A stretch of DNA of 64,000 bases from Clostridia bacterium (GCA_017934975.1 JAGBIM010000026.1:32457-96456); one strand, 5' to 3'; positions 37,992 to 46,098 are shown, counted from the first letter of the stretch. The notes: generated by a model not told the origin, from the letters alone. Numbers and translations: made by a program.

Positions 37992-39296
37992 TTATTCCTT
38001 GGTATACCGTTCCGCCAAAACCGCCAGCAGAGCCGCCGATTCCGCAAGAACCGATTCGTCAAAATCAAATTTGGGGTTGTGGTGCACCGCCTTCAGCTCC
38101 GTACCGAACAACAGATAAGAGCCTTTTCCGCCCCGTTCTGCAACGCGCCGCAAAAAGAGGGTGCAATCCTCGCTGGCACGCATGGGGCGATAGCGGTCCA
38201 CCCGACGGTAAATTCCCGCCGATTCCGCAGTGCGCGCCACATCTTCTGCAAATTCCGGGTCCGCATCGAAGGATTCTCCTTCTCCCAGCGTGTGGATCTC
38301 CACGGAAACGCCCTGCAGGTCCGCAGAGGCGCGCAGAATCCGTTCCGCCTCGCCGCAGAGATGATCCTTGATTTCGGAGGTCTGCCCCCGCACCTCAAAG
38401 GCAATGCGAGCCCGATCGGGGACGGCGTTGATGCTTCCCCCCGCCGTAAAGACCCCCACGTTGATGCGGGTCGCCCCGTCCGCATGACGGGGAATGGCGT
38501 GGAGGGCCAGGGTTGCGTGAGCCGCCGCCAAAAGGGCGTTGCGTCCCTCCTGAGGTGCAAGCCCCGCGTGGCTGCTCTTGCCGTGAAAAATTCCTTCGTA
38601 TTTGCGTACCGCCAGAAAATCCCCCGCAGAAGCGGCTAAGGTGTGGGATTCGGTCTGGTTGATGCCGATATGCCCGCCGAAGAAGAAATCCACGTCGTCG
38701 GCAACTCCTGCCGCAACCATGGCGGCGGCCCCACGGACGCCCTCCTCCGCAGGCTGGAAAATCAGTTTTACCCTTCCGCAGAGGCGATCCTTGTTTTCCG
38801 CCAAAAGACGGGCCAGGGTCAGCCCGATGGCCACGTGACCGTCGTGTCCGCAGGCGTGCATGGAACGGGCGTGGCAGGAGGCAAAGCCTTCTTCCGCAGG
38901 ACGGTGGTCGGCCGTGGCTTCGTCGATGGCGTTGCAGTCTATATCAAAGCGGAAGGCCACGGTTTTCCCGGGACCGGAGCCCTGCAAGATCCCCACGATG
39001 CCCGTAAGTCCCCCCTGCATGGCCTTCACCGTTTCGGGGTCCGCCCCTTCCTCCAAGGCCCGCTTCATCCAGCCCTCGGTCTGCTCCCGGGAGGGCAGAG
39101 AAACGAGGGCGGAGGGGTCCATGACGGCAGGTCCGTATTCCACCTGAAAGCCGTATTTCCGCAAAATCTCCACGATGCGGGAAGCGGTGCGGTATTCCCC
39201 CAAAGCCCATTCGGGATAGCGGTGAAATTCCCGCCGCAACGCCACGGCATCTTCCTGCAGAGATTCCGCTTTTTTCATCCAATCCGAAGTCTTCAT
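37992..39296 (-). CDS. M20-family amidohydrolase (AbgA/aminobenzoyl-glutamate-utilisation-like)
   Basis: LRREFHRYPE, MHACGHDGH, FQPAEEG, GKSSHAG. Confidence 0.8.
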   Translation of the reverse strand: MKTSDWMKKAESLQEDAVALRREFHRYPEWALGEYRTASRIVEILRKYGFQVEYGPAVMDPSALVSLPSREQTEGWMKRALEEGADPETVKAMQGGLTGIVGILQGSGPGKTVAFRFDIDCNAIDEATADHRPAEEGFASCHARSMHACGHDGHVAIGLTLARLLAENKDRLCGRVKLIFQPAEEGVRGAAAMVAAGVADDVDFFFGGHIGINQTESHTLAASAGDFLAVRKYEGIFHGKSSHAGLAPQEGRNALLAAAHATLALHAIPRHADGATRINVGVFTAGGSINAVPDRARIAFEVRGQTSEIKDHLCGEAERILRASADLQGVSVEIHTLGEGESFDADPEFAEDVARTAESAGIYRRVDRYRPMRASEDCTLFLRRVAERGGKGSYLLFGTELKAVHHNPKFDFDESVLAESAALLAVLAERYTKE

Positions 39297-39314
39297 TCCT
39301 TTTGTCCTTCTCTC

Positions 39315-39710
39315 TTATTGAATCCACCATTCGGGGGTGATGTCCCCCAGCCGCACCGTACGGCCCGTGGCGTAGTCCAGCATAATTTCCACGTCGTGAT
39401 AATGTCCCGCCATCAACTGTACCATCATTTCGCGGCAAGCACCGCAGGGGGCGCCGTTGCTCCCGTCGGGGAGGATGCAGAGCACCTTGTCGATCTCCGT
39501 TTCTCCGTTGGTGATCATATTGAAAATGGCGTTTCGCTCCGCGCAGACCCCCAAGCCCGAGCAGGTATCCACGCATACGCCCGTGTAAATCTTTCCCGAT
39601 TTGGAGCAGACCGCCGCAGAGACCTCGCCGCAGGTCATATAGTCCGAAATCTTCCGCTCCTTCAACACGGCCTTCGCCGCCGCGTACATTTCATCCCAGA
39701 TTTTTTCCAT
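39315..39710 (-). CDS. Cytidine-deaminase-fold zinc enzyme, blasticidin-S-deaminase-like
   Basis: Start moved to ATG 39710 (MEKIWDEM). Zinc motifs CAERNAI and PCGACREMM. It lacks the F/N-E ribose-binding block of canonical Cdd, and by eye the layout follows BSD (G..YTGV.V....G...CAE...PCG.CR...). Confidence 0.7.
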   Translation of the reverse strand: MEKIWDEMYAAAKAVLKERKISDYMTCGEVSAAVCSKSGKIYTGVCVDTCSGLGVCAERNAIFNMITNGETEIDKVLCILPDGSNGAPCGACREMMVQLMAGHYHDVEIMLDYATGRTVRLGDITPEWWIQ

Positions 39711-39730
39711 ATGGGGCTCCTTTTTTATCC

Positions 39731-40072
39731 TTAACCGTTTCCCTTTGCGGTGGTAATGGAGGCAATGAGCTTTCTGCGAATCGCACCGCATTTATTTGCA
39801 AGTGTTTTGTATGTACTTTCATCCATCGAGCCAACCTTGAAAAGAATTTCCAACCAATAATCTGTTTCGTAGCATTCCTTCAAGGCGATTTCAAGTTTGT
39901 TTACAAAGTCGGCGGTACTTTGCGCGTATTTGGCTTCATAGCTGTTCGCTCCGATCGATGAGCAGGAACGCAAAAGTTGATTAACAAATACCGCTCTGCC
40001 CTTTATCGTGTCACAAACGGCAGTGATTTCTATGGTAAGCTCGACGGAAAGTTCTTTTATCGTTTTATTCAT
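39731..40072 (-). CDS. Four-helix-bundle protein (23S rRNA IVS protein / Avd-like family)
   Basis: 113 aa. LLRSCSSIGANSYEA...FVNKLEIALKECYETDYWLEIL is the TIGR02436-type signature. The gene is visibly AT-richer than its neighbours. Confidence 0.7.
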   Translation of the reverse strand: MNKTIKELSVELTIEITAVCDTIKGRAVFVNQLLRSCSSIGANSYEAKYAQSTADFVNKLEIALKECYETDYWLEILFKVGSMDESTYKTLANKCGAIRRKLIASITTAKGNG

Positions 40073-40095
40073 AATATTTACCTCTTTTAAGTTCG

Positions 40096-40332
40096 CTTCG
40101 CTCCCGCGATATGCACCTTCGGTGCGCGATATACTCGCTCCGCGAGCGCGATATTTTTCTGCGGTGCAGAATAGCGATATGTTCGCCTATGGCGAACGTG
40201 GCGGAAAGTACGCGAATATAAATCCCCGCGTCCTTGCGCACGCAGTGCGCTCACGTGCCGAAGGCACATATCGCGCCGCAGGCATATCGCACGCGAATGA
40301 AATGCGACGTATATCGCAAATCCCATAAGGGA
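40096..40332. repeat. Heptamer/hairpin array 1: GCGATAT x4 forward, then ATATCGC x4, with tetraloop mini-hairpins as spacers
   Basis: GCGATAT at 40096, 40116, 40138 and 40164. ATATCGC at 40258, 40274, 40301 and 40326. Spacer hairpins include gcacc-ttcg-ggtgc, tctgc-ggtg-cagaa, gttcgcc-tat-ggcgaac, gcgcac-gca-gtgcgc, gtgcc-gaag-gcac and aatccc-ataa-gggatt. Confidence 0.8.
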
Positions 40333-40343
40333 TTTATATCGCT

Positions 40344-41699
40344 TTAGTTTGTCTGCCTTTGCAGACAAACTAAACTTTCCACGTGTCCGGTACGGGGGAA
40401 CATATCGTAAGGAGTAACCTCGCCGGGGATATAGGCATCTTTGAGCAATGCCAAGTCACGGGCTTGGGTGGCGGGGTTGCAGGAGATATAAACAATCTTT
40501 TCGGGGGCGATTTCTTTCAAGGCGGCGACGGCGTCGGCCGAAAGGCCCTTGCGGGGCGGGTCCACGATGACCGCCGTGGGCTTTTGGGGCAAGGCTGCGA
40601 GAATTTCCAGAGTTTTGGCGGCGTCGGCGGCAAAAAAGCGGGCGTTTTCGATGCCGTTGCGGCGGGCGTTTTCCTTTGCGTCCTCAATGGCCGCTTCGAT
40701 CACCTCAATGCCGATGACCTCCTTGACCTTCTTCGCGCAGGTCAGCCCGATGGTGCCGATGCCGCAGTAAAGGTCCAAAAGCACGTCCTCGGGGGAAAGA
40801 TAAGAGGCGGCGTGGGCGTAAATCCGCTCCGCCTGAGCGGTGTTGATCTGATAAAAGGAGCGGGGGGAAATAAAGAATTTCACGCCGTTCATGGTATCCT
40901 CAATGCGTTCTTCCCCCCAAAGCAATTCAAAGGATTCTCCCAGAATCACGTTGGTCTTTTTGGGGTTGAAGTTGAGCCAAACGCTCTTCAGATCCGAACG
41001 TTGTCCCAAAGATTTTTTCAAATCCTCTACGGGAAAATCGGCAGGACGGCGGGAGGAATTGAGAACGAGGCAGAGCATCGTCTCCCCCGAATGATGGCCC
41101 CGACGGAGGAAGAGATGACGGATCAATCCCTTTTGGGTCTCCTCGTCGTAAGGGGTCAGGTTGTTGCGGGAAATCCATTCTTCCACCGCCTTCTGCAGGG
41201 GCAGAAAGGCAGGATGTGCCGCCAGACACCCTTCCGAGGGAATCACCCGATGGGAATGAAGGGAATAAAACCCAAAGGTGCCGTCGGGGGAAAGGGGAAG
41301 CTGGATTTTGTTGCGATATCCGCACTCCAAGGGAGAAGGTCGGCAGTCCGCAACGGCGATTTCGTGGGGATAATTCAACTTATAGGCCTGCCGCACCGAT
41401 TGGGTCTTGTAAGAAAGCTCCCCTTCGTAGGACACGTGACAAAAGGCGCATCCGCCGCACTTTTCCGCCACGGCACAGGCAGGGTCGATACGATGGGGGG
41501 AGGGGGTCAGAATGCGGGAGATGATGCCCACGGCGTAATTTTTCAGAACCTTGATCACGCGGCACTCCACCGTATCCCCCACGGCGGCGGCACGGACGAA
41601 AATCGGAACCTTCCGCCCCGCTTCTTCCACGTGACCGATGCCCGCACCGTCGAAGGTCATATCGGTAATCGCAACGGTAACAAGCTCGTTTTTCCGCAT
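40344..41699 (-). CDS. rlmD: 23S rRNA (uracil-C5)-methyltransferase, RumA/RlmD family (TRAM, 4Fe-4S, SAM MTase)
   Basis: Start at ATG 41699 (RBS ggggag). Cys cluster CAVAEKCGGCAFCH, LDLYCGIGTIGL, DPPRKG, ISCNPAT. Confidence 0.85.
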   Translation of the reverse strand: MRKNELVTVAITDMTFDGAGIGHVEEAGRKVPIFVRAAAVGDTVECRVIKVLKNYAVGIISRILTPSPHRIDPACAVAEKCGGCAFCHVSYEGELSYKTQSVRQAYKLNYPHEIAVADCRPSPLECGYRNKIQLPLSPDGTFGFYSLHSHRVIPSEGCLAAHPAFLPLQKAVEEWISRNNLTPYDEETQKGLIRHLFLRRGHHSGETMLCLVLNSSRRPADFPVEDLKKSLGQRSDLKSVWLNFNPKKTNVILGESFELLWGEERIEDTMNGVKFFISPRSFYQINTAQAERIYAHAASYLSPEDVLLDLYCGIGTIGLTCAKKVKEVIGIEVIEAAIEDAKENARRNGIENARFFAADAAKTLEILAALPQKPTAVIVDPPRKGLSADAVAALKEIAPEKIVYISCNPATQARDLALLKDAYIPGEVTPYDMFPRTGHVESLVCLQRQTN

Positions 41700-41832
41700 A
41701 GCAAACACTCCCCTATTTTATATACTACATTATTTTATCATATAAAGAAAAAAATGTCAATGCCAAAGCCGAGAAAAATATGGTAAAATCCGAACATTTC
41801 CCGAATTTTGCCCTCTTTTTTCGGCGCGGGGG

Positions 41833-41862
41833 TTGACAAAGATATAAATTATAAGATATAAT
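41833..41862 (+). promoter_or_regulatory. Sigma-A promoter of asnA-glnA
   Basis: TTGACA (41833-41838), 18 nt, TATAAT (41857-41862). Confidence 0.6.
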
Positions 41863-41906
41863 GAAATATTATAAGACGCATCAACGATCCGAAAGGACTT
41901 TTGACT

Positions 41907-42914
41907 ATGAACAAGACCTACATTCCCGAAGGCTATCGCTCGGAACTGGATCTGTACGACACCCAGACCGCCATCGGCAGCATCAAAGAGATTTTCGTGG
42001 CCCATCTGAGTCGCGCTCTGCATCTGCGCCGCGTAACCGCCCCTTTGTTCGTGGACCCGAAAACCGGTCTGAACGACGATCTGAGCGGGGTGGAGCGGGC
42101 CGTCACCTTTGACATCCCCGCCGCGGAAAAGGACGGACAGGTGGTTCACTCTCTGGCGAAATGGAAGCGTATGGCCCTCCATCAGTACGGATTCCGCGTG
42201 GGTCGGGGACTTTACACCGACATGAACGCCATCCGTCGGGACGAAGAGCTGGACAACCTGCACTCCATCTACGTGGACCAATGGGACTGGGAAAAGGTCA
42301 TCACCGCCGACTGCCGCACCGTGGAATATCTGAAATCCACCGTCCAGTCCATCGTCAACGCCATCGTGGCCACCAGCCTGGACCTGCGGGTGCGTTTTCC
42401 CCAGATCAAAACCAACCTCTGCCCCGACGTAACCTTCGTCACCTCCCAGGAGCTGGAGGATCTGTATCCCGATAAAACCCCGAAGGAACGGGAAAACCTC
42501 TTCACCAAAGAACACCGCACCGTGTTCATCATGCAGATCGGCGACCTGCTGAAATCGGGCAAAAAGCACGACGGAAGAGCCCCCGACTACGACGATTGGT
42601 CTCTGAACGGAGACATCTTCTTCTGGCACGACGTTCTGGACTGTGCCGTGGAGCTTTCCTCCATGGGTATCCGCGTGGACGCCAAGGCCATGGACGAGCA
42701 GTTGACCAAAGCAAACTGCGATGCCCGTCGCAATCTGCCTTTCCATAAAATGATTTTGGAGGACCGTCTTCCCCTCACCGTGGGGGGCGGGATCGGACAG
42801 TCCCGCCTGTGTATGCTCCTGCTGGGCAAGGCCCACATCGGAGAAGTGCAGGTTTCCCTCTGGGACGAAGAAACCAAGCGGATCTGCGCCGAAAAAGGCG
42901 TGGATCTACTGTAA
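41907..42914 (+). CDS. asnA: Aspartate--ammonia ligase (asparagine synthetase A)
   Basis: MNKTYIPEGYRSELDLYDTQTAIGSIKEIF..., RDEELDNLHSIYVDQWDWE, GGGIGQSRLCMLLL. Confidence 0.9.
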   Translation: MNKTYIPEGYRSELDLYDTQTAIGSIKEIFVAHLSRALHLRRVTAPLFVDPKTGLNDDLSGVERAVTFDIPAAEKDGQVVHSLAKWKRMALHQYGFRVGRGLYTDMNAIRRDEELDNLHSIYVDQWDWEKVITADCRTVEYLKSTVQSIVNAIVATSLDLRVRFPQIKTNLCPDVTFVTSQELEDLYPDKTPKERENLFTKEHRTVFIMQIGDLLKSGKKHDGRAPDYDDWSLNGDIFFWHDVLDCAVELSSMGIRVDAKAMDEQLTKANCDARRNLPFHKMILEDRLPLTVGGGIGQSRLCMLLLGKAHIGEVQVSLWDEETKRICAEKGVDLL

Positions 42915-42926
42915 GGAGAACCGATT

Positions 42927-45017
42927 ATGGAAAATTTCAACGCCCTGTACGGAGCGAAGGTATTCAACGATGCGAGCATGAAGAAATACCTGCCCGCCGA
43001 AACCTACGACGCTCTGAAAAAGACCGTTTCCGAAGGACTTGCGCTGAACAAGGATATTGCCGACTCCGTGGCCGACGCCATGAAAAACTGGGCTTTGGAC
43101 AACGGGGCGACCCACTATTGCCATTGGTTCCAGCCCATGACGGGCACCACGGCGGAAAAGCACGACGCATTCCTCTCTCCCATCGGCGAGGGAAAAATCG
43201 TGATGGAATTCCGCGGCAAAGAGCTGATCAAGGGCGAATCGGACGCATCCTCCTTCCCCAACGGGGGCTTACGCTCCACCTTTGAGGCCCGCGGCTACAC
43301 CGCCTGGGACCCCACCTCTTACGCCTTTATCAAGGATCATACCCTCTGCATCCCCACCGCCTTCTGCTCCTACGGCGGACAGGTTCTGGACAAAAAGACC
43401 CCCCTCCTCCGTTCGGTGGAAGCGTTGAACGTGCAGGCGTTGCGGATTCTGCGTCTGTTCGGCAACGTCACCGCCACGCGGGTGGACACCACCGTGGGTG
43501 CGGAGCAGGAATATTTTCTCATTGACGAGTCCATGTATCAGAAGCGCAAGGATCTGATCCTCTGCGGACGGACGCTGTTTGGCGCCAAGCCCCCCAAGGG
43601 ACAGGAGCTGAACGATCACTATTTCGGCACCATCAAGCCCCGCGTGGTTCAGTTCATGGAAGCCCTGAACAAGGAACTCTGGATGCTGGGCATCCCCGCC
43701 AAGACCGAGCACAACGAGGCGGCCCCCTCCCAGCACGAGCTTGCCCCCGTATACGAATCGGCCAATCTGGCCACCGACCATAACCAGATCACCATGGCGG
43801 TGATGAAGAAGCTGGCACCCAAATTCGGATACGCCTGCCTTTTGCACGAAAAACCCTTTGAAGGGGTTAACGGAAGCGGCAAACACAACAACTGGGCCAT
43901 TTCCACCAACGAAGGGGAAAACCTGCTGAAGCCCGGCAAAAAGCCCGCGGAAAACAAGCAGTTTTTGCTCTTTTTGACCGCCGTGATGGCCGCCGTGGAC
44001 AAGCATCAGGATCTGTTGCGCATCTCCGCCGCATCGGCCAACAACGACTACCGTCTGGGGGGACACGAAGCCCCTCCCGCCATCGTTTCCATGTATCTGG
44101 GAAGCGAATTGTGCGAAATTCTGGATATGCTGGTTCAGGGCGACCGCTACGAAAGCCACGGTAAGGTGGTCATGGAATCGGGGGTTGACGTGCTGCCTAC
44201 CTTCTCTCAGGACACCTCCGACCGCAACCGCACCTCCCCCATGGCCTTCACGGGGAACAAATTCGAATTCCGTATGTTGGGCTCCTCCGCATCCGTGGCG
44301 GAAACTAACGTGATTCTCAACACCATCGTGGCCGACGAGCTCTGCTCCTTCGCCGACGAGCTGGAAAAAGCGGAAAACTTTGACGAAGCCTTGACCGCAT
44401 TGCTGCGTCGCACCGTCAAGGAGCATCGCCGTATCCTCTTCAACGGGGACAATTATTCCCACGAATGGGTGGAAGAAGCCGCCCGCCGCGGTCTTCTGAA
44501 TATCCCCTCCGCAAACCTGGCCATTCCCCGTCTGACCGACGAAAAGAACGTGAAGCTCTTCGAAAAGCATCACGTTTATACGGAGCAGGAATTGCTTTCC
44601 CGTCGGGAAATTCTGCTGAACGAATATTCCAAGATCCTCAACATCGAAGGACAGACCCTTGCGGAAATGGTCCGCAGAGAGATTCTGCCTGCGGTGATGC
44701 AATATTGCGCCGCCCTCTCCGACGGCGTGTTGAAGAAGAAGGAGCTTTCCATTCCGCCCGAACCGGAATACGGCCTTCTGACCAAGCTTTCCACCCTGGC
44801 GCACCGTCTGTCCGAGGAAACCAAGCGGTTATTGACCGAATTGGAAACCGCAAAAACGTCGGAAGGCGACGCAAAGCAGACGGCTGACCTTTATCGGAAC
44901 GTGATCTTCGCCCGCATGGAAGCCATCCGTACCGTCATCGACGCCATCGAACCGGAAATCCCGCCCACCACCTGGCCCTATCCCACCTACACGGACATTT
45001 TGTTCTACTGCGATTGA
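42927..45017 (+). CDS. glnA: Glutamine synthetase, type III
   Basis: 696 aa. ATHYCHWFQPMTG, EQEYFLID, NEAAPSQHELAP, NGSGKHNNWA are typical GSIII blocks. Confidence 0.9.
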   Translation: MENFNALYGAKVFNDASMKKYLPAETYDALKKTVSEGLALNKDIADSVADAMKNWALDNGATHYCHWFQPMTGTTAEKHDAFLSPIGEGKIVMEFRGKELIKGESDASSFPNGGLRSTFEARGYTAWDPTSYAFIKDHTLCIPTAFCSYGGQVLDKKTPLLRSVEALNVQALRILRLFGNVTATRVDTTVGAEQEYFLIDESMYQKRKDLILCGRTLFGAKPPKGQELNDHYFGTIKPRVVQFMEALNKELWMLGIPAKTEHNEAAPSQHELAPVYESANLATDHNQITMAVMKKLAPKFGYACLLHEKPFEGVNGSGKHNNWAISTNEGENLLKPGKKPAENKQFLLFLTAVMAAVDKHQDLLRISAASANNDYRLGGHEAPPAIVSMYLGSELCEILDMLVQGDRYESHGKVVMESGVDVLPTFSQDTSDRNRTSPMAFTGNKFEFRMLGSSASVAETNVILNTIVADELCSFADELEKAENFDEALTALLRRTVKEHRRILFNGDNYSHEWVEEAARRGLLNIPSANLAIPRLTDEKNVKLFEKHHVYTEQELLSRREILLNEYSKILNIEGQTLAEMVRREILPAVMQYCAALSDGVLKKKELSIPPEPEYGLLTKLSTLAHRLSEETKRLLTELETAKTSEGDAKQTADLYRNVIFARMEAIRTVIDAIEPEIPPTTWPYPTYTDILFYCD

Positions 45018-45024
45018 GGTGGAT

Positions 45025-45192
45025 ATGCTGAAATATTACACCGTCACCCGCATTGAGGGAGAATACGCCTATCTGCGGGACGACCACGCCCCCGAAACCG
45101 AGGAGTTGTTCCTCGCTCTGGCCCTGTTGCCCCTCGGCACCGACGTGGGCACCAAGCTGAAATGGGAAAACTTTCAGTACGAAATTCTATAA
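45025..45192 (+). CDS. Small DUF3006-like protein (55 aa; below the ORF-track cutoff)
   Basis: ATG 45025 follows gaggtgga. MLKYYTVTRIEGEYAYLRDDHAPETEELFLALALLPLGTDVGTKLKWENFQYEIL, stop TAA 45190-45192. The (I/V)xRIEGxxAxL pattern is DUF3006-like. Confidence 0.5.
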   Translation: MLKYYTVTRIEGEYAYLRDDHAPETEELFLALALLPLGTDVGTKLKWENFQYEIL

Positions 45193-45198
45193 AAAAAA

Positions 45199-45230
45199 TT
45201 GCCTCCCCGTTTGGGGAGGCAACACTTTTG
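45199..45230. terminator. Terminator hairpin, copy 1 of a duplicated 22-nt hairpin
   Basis: aaaaaaaa-ttgcctcccc-gttt-ggggaggcaa-cacttttg. Confidence 0.7.
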
Positions 45231-45246
45231 TCGATAAGCCTCAAAA

Positions 45247-45306
45247 CAATCCCCTCAGTCACGGCGGTCGAACACGCCGTGCCAGCTCCCCTTGCTAAGG
45301 GGAGCC
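45247..45306 (+). repeat. Dispersed intergenic repeat, diverged copy C
   Basis: caatcccctcagtcacggcggtcgaacacgccgtgccagctccccttgctaaggggagcc shares the caatcc head and the ccccttgctaagggga hairpin with copies A and B. Confidence 0.5.
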
Positions 45307-45394
45307 TTACGGTTGTACGCGAACCACCTTCGTCTTCCTGATCCGAGAGAAGCTCTTGAACCGTGAAAAAACACGGATACTTGCACAAAAATCA

Positions 45395-45425
45395 TGCCTC
45401 CCCGTTTGGGGAGGCAATTTTTTTT
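45395..45425. terminator. Terminator hairpin, copy 2 (serves hpt on the minus strand; T8 on the plus strand)
   Basis: tgcctcccc-gttt-ggggaggca-atttttttt. The 22 nt gcctccccgtttggggaggcaa are identical to 45201-45222. Confidence 0.7.
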
Positions 45426-45429
45426 CGAA

Positions 45430-45987
45430 TTATTCTTCTTCCGCGTTAAATTCGGCGATGTAGGGCAGGTTGCGGAAATATTCCCCGCAGTCCAGACCGT
45501 AGCCGATGACGAAATAGTCGGGGATGGTGATCAAGGCCAGATCCGCGTCAAATTCCACCTGCCGACGGGAGGGCTTATTCAGAAGGGTCACCACCTGCAG
45601 GGAAAGGGGATTACGGCCCCGCAGAATCTTGACCACCTCACACAGGGTGCGTCCCGTGTCGATAATATCCTCCACGATGACCACGTGATATTGGCTGATA
45701 TCCTGCGTCAGATCCATGGTGATCCGCACCGACCCGGAGGATTCGGTGGAATCAAAATAACTCTGGGCACACATAAAGCCCACCTCGCAGGGGACGGTCA
45801 CCGCACGGCAAAGATCCGCCATAAAGACGAAAGCCCCTTTGAGAATACTGACCAAAAGGATGGGGCGACCGTCGTAAAGAGAGTCGATATAACGTCCCGC
45901 CCGTTTTACGGCGGCGTCGATCTCTTCTTTGGAGATGACCACCCGTTTGATTTTGTTTTGATAGTCCTGCATGGATTCGATTTTCAC
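45430..45987 (-). CDS. hpt: Hypoxanthine phosphoribosyltransferase
   Basis: GTG start at 45987 (RBS ggaggg, 7-nt spacer); the alternative is ATG 45972. LKGAFVFMADL, PRPP motif VVIVEDIIDTGRT, DYFVIGYGLD. Confidence 0.9.
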   Translation of the reverse strand: MKIESMQDYQNKIKRVVISKEEIDAAVKRAGRYIDSLYDGRPILLVSILKGAFVFMADLCRAVTVPCEVGFMCAQSYFDSTESSGSVRITMDLTQDISQYHVVIVEDIIDTGRTLCEVVKILRGRNPLSLQVVTLLNKPSRRQVEFDADLALITIPDYFVIGYGLDCGEYFRNLPYIAEFNAEEE

Positions 45988-46098
45988 AGAAACGCCCTCC
46001 GACCGAATAATTGCACTGATTATGCTACAATTGTACCATAAACCGCGACAAATTTCAATTACATTCAACATAATGTTTCAAAAACGTACCATTTTGCG

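Noticed and set aside
40096-40332. CRISPR-like or attC-like interpretation of the heptamer arrays (the same applies to 54734-54912).
   Set aside because: The repeat unit is only 7 nt and flips orientation halfway through. The spacers are self-complementary and 12-20 nt long. No cas or integron integrase genes are present, and the attC R/L box consensus is absent.
39731-40343. Possibility that the Avd-like gene plus the adjacent repeats is a diversity-generating retroelement.
   Set aside because: There is no reverse transcriptase gene within the window neighbourhood. I could see no template/variable repeat pair of about 100+ nt with adenine-specific differences. The repeats are 7-mers with hairpins, not TR/VR.
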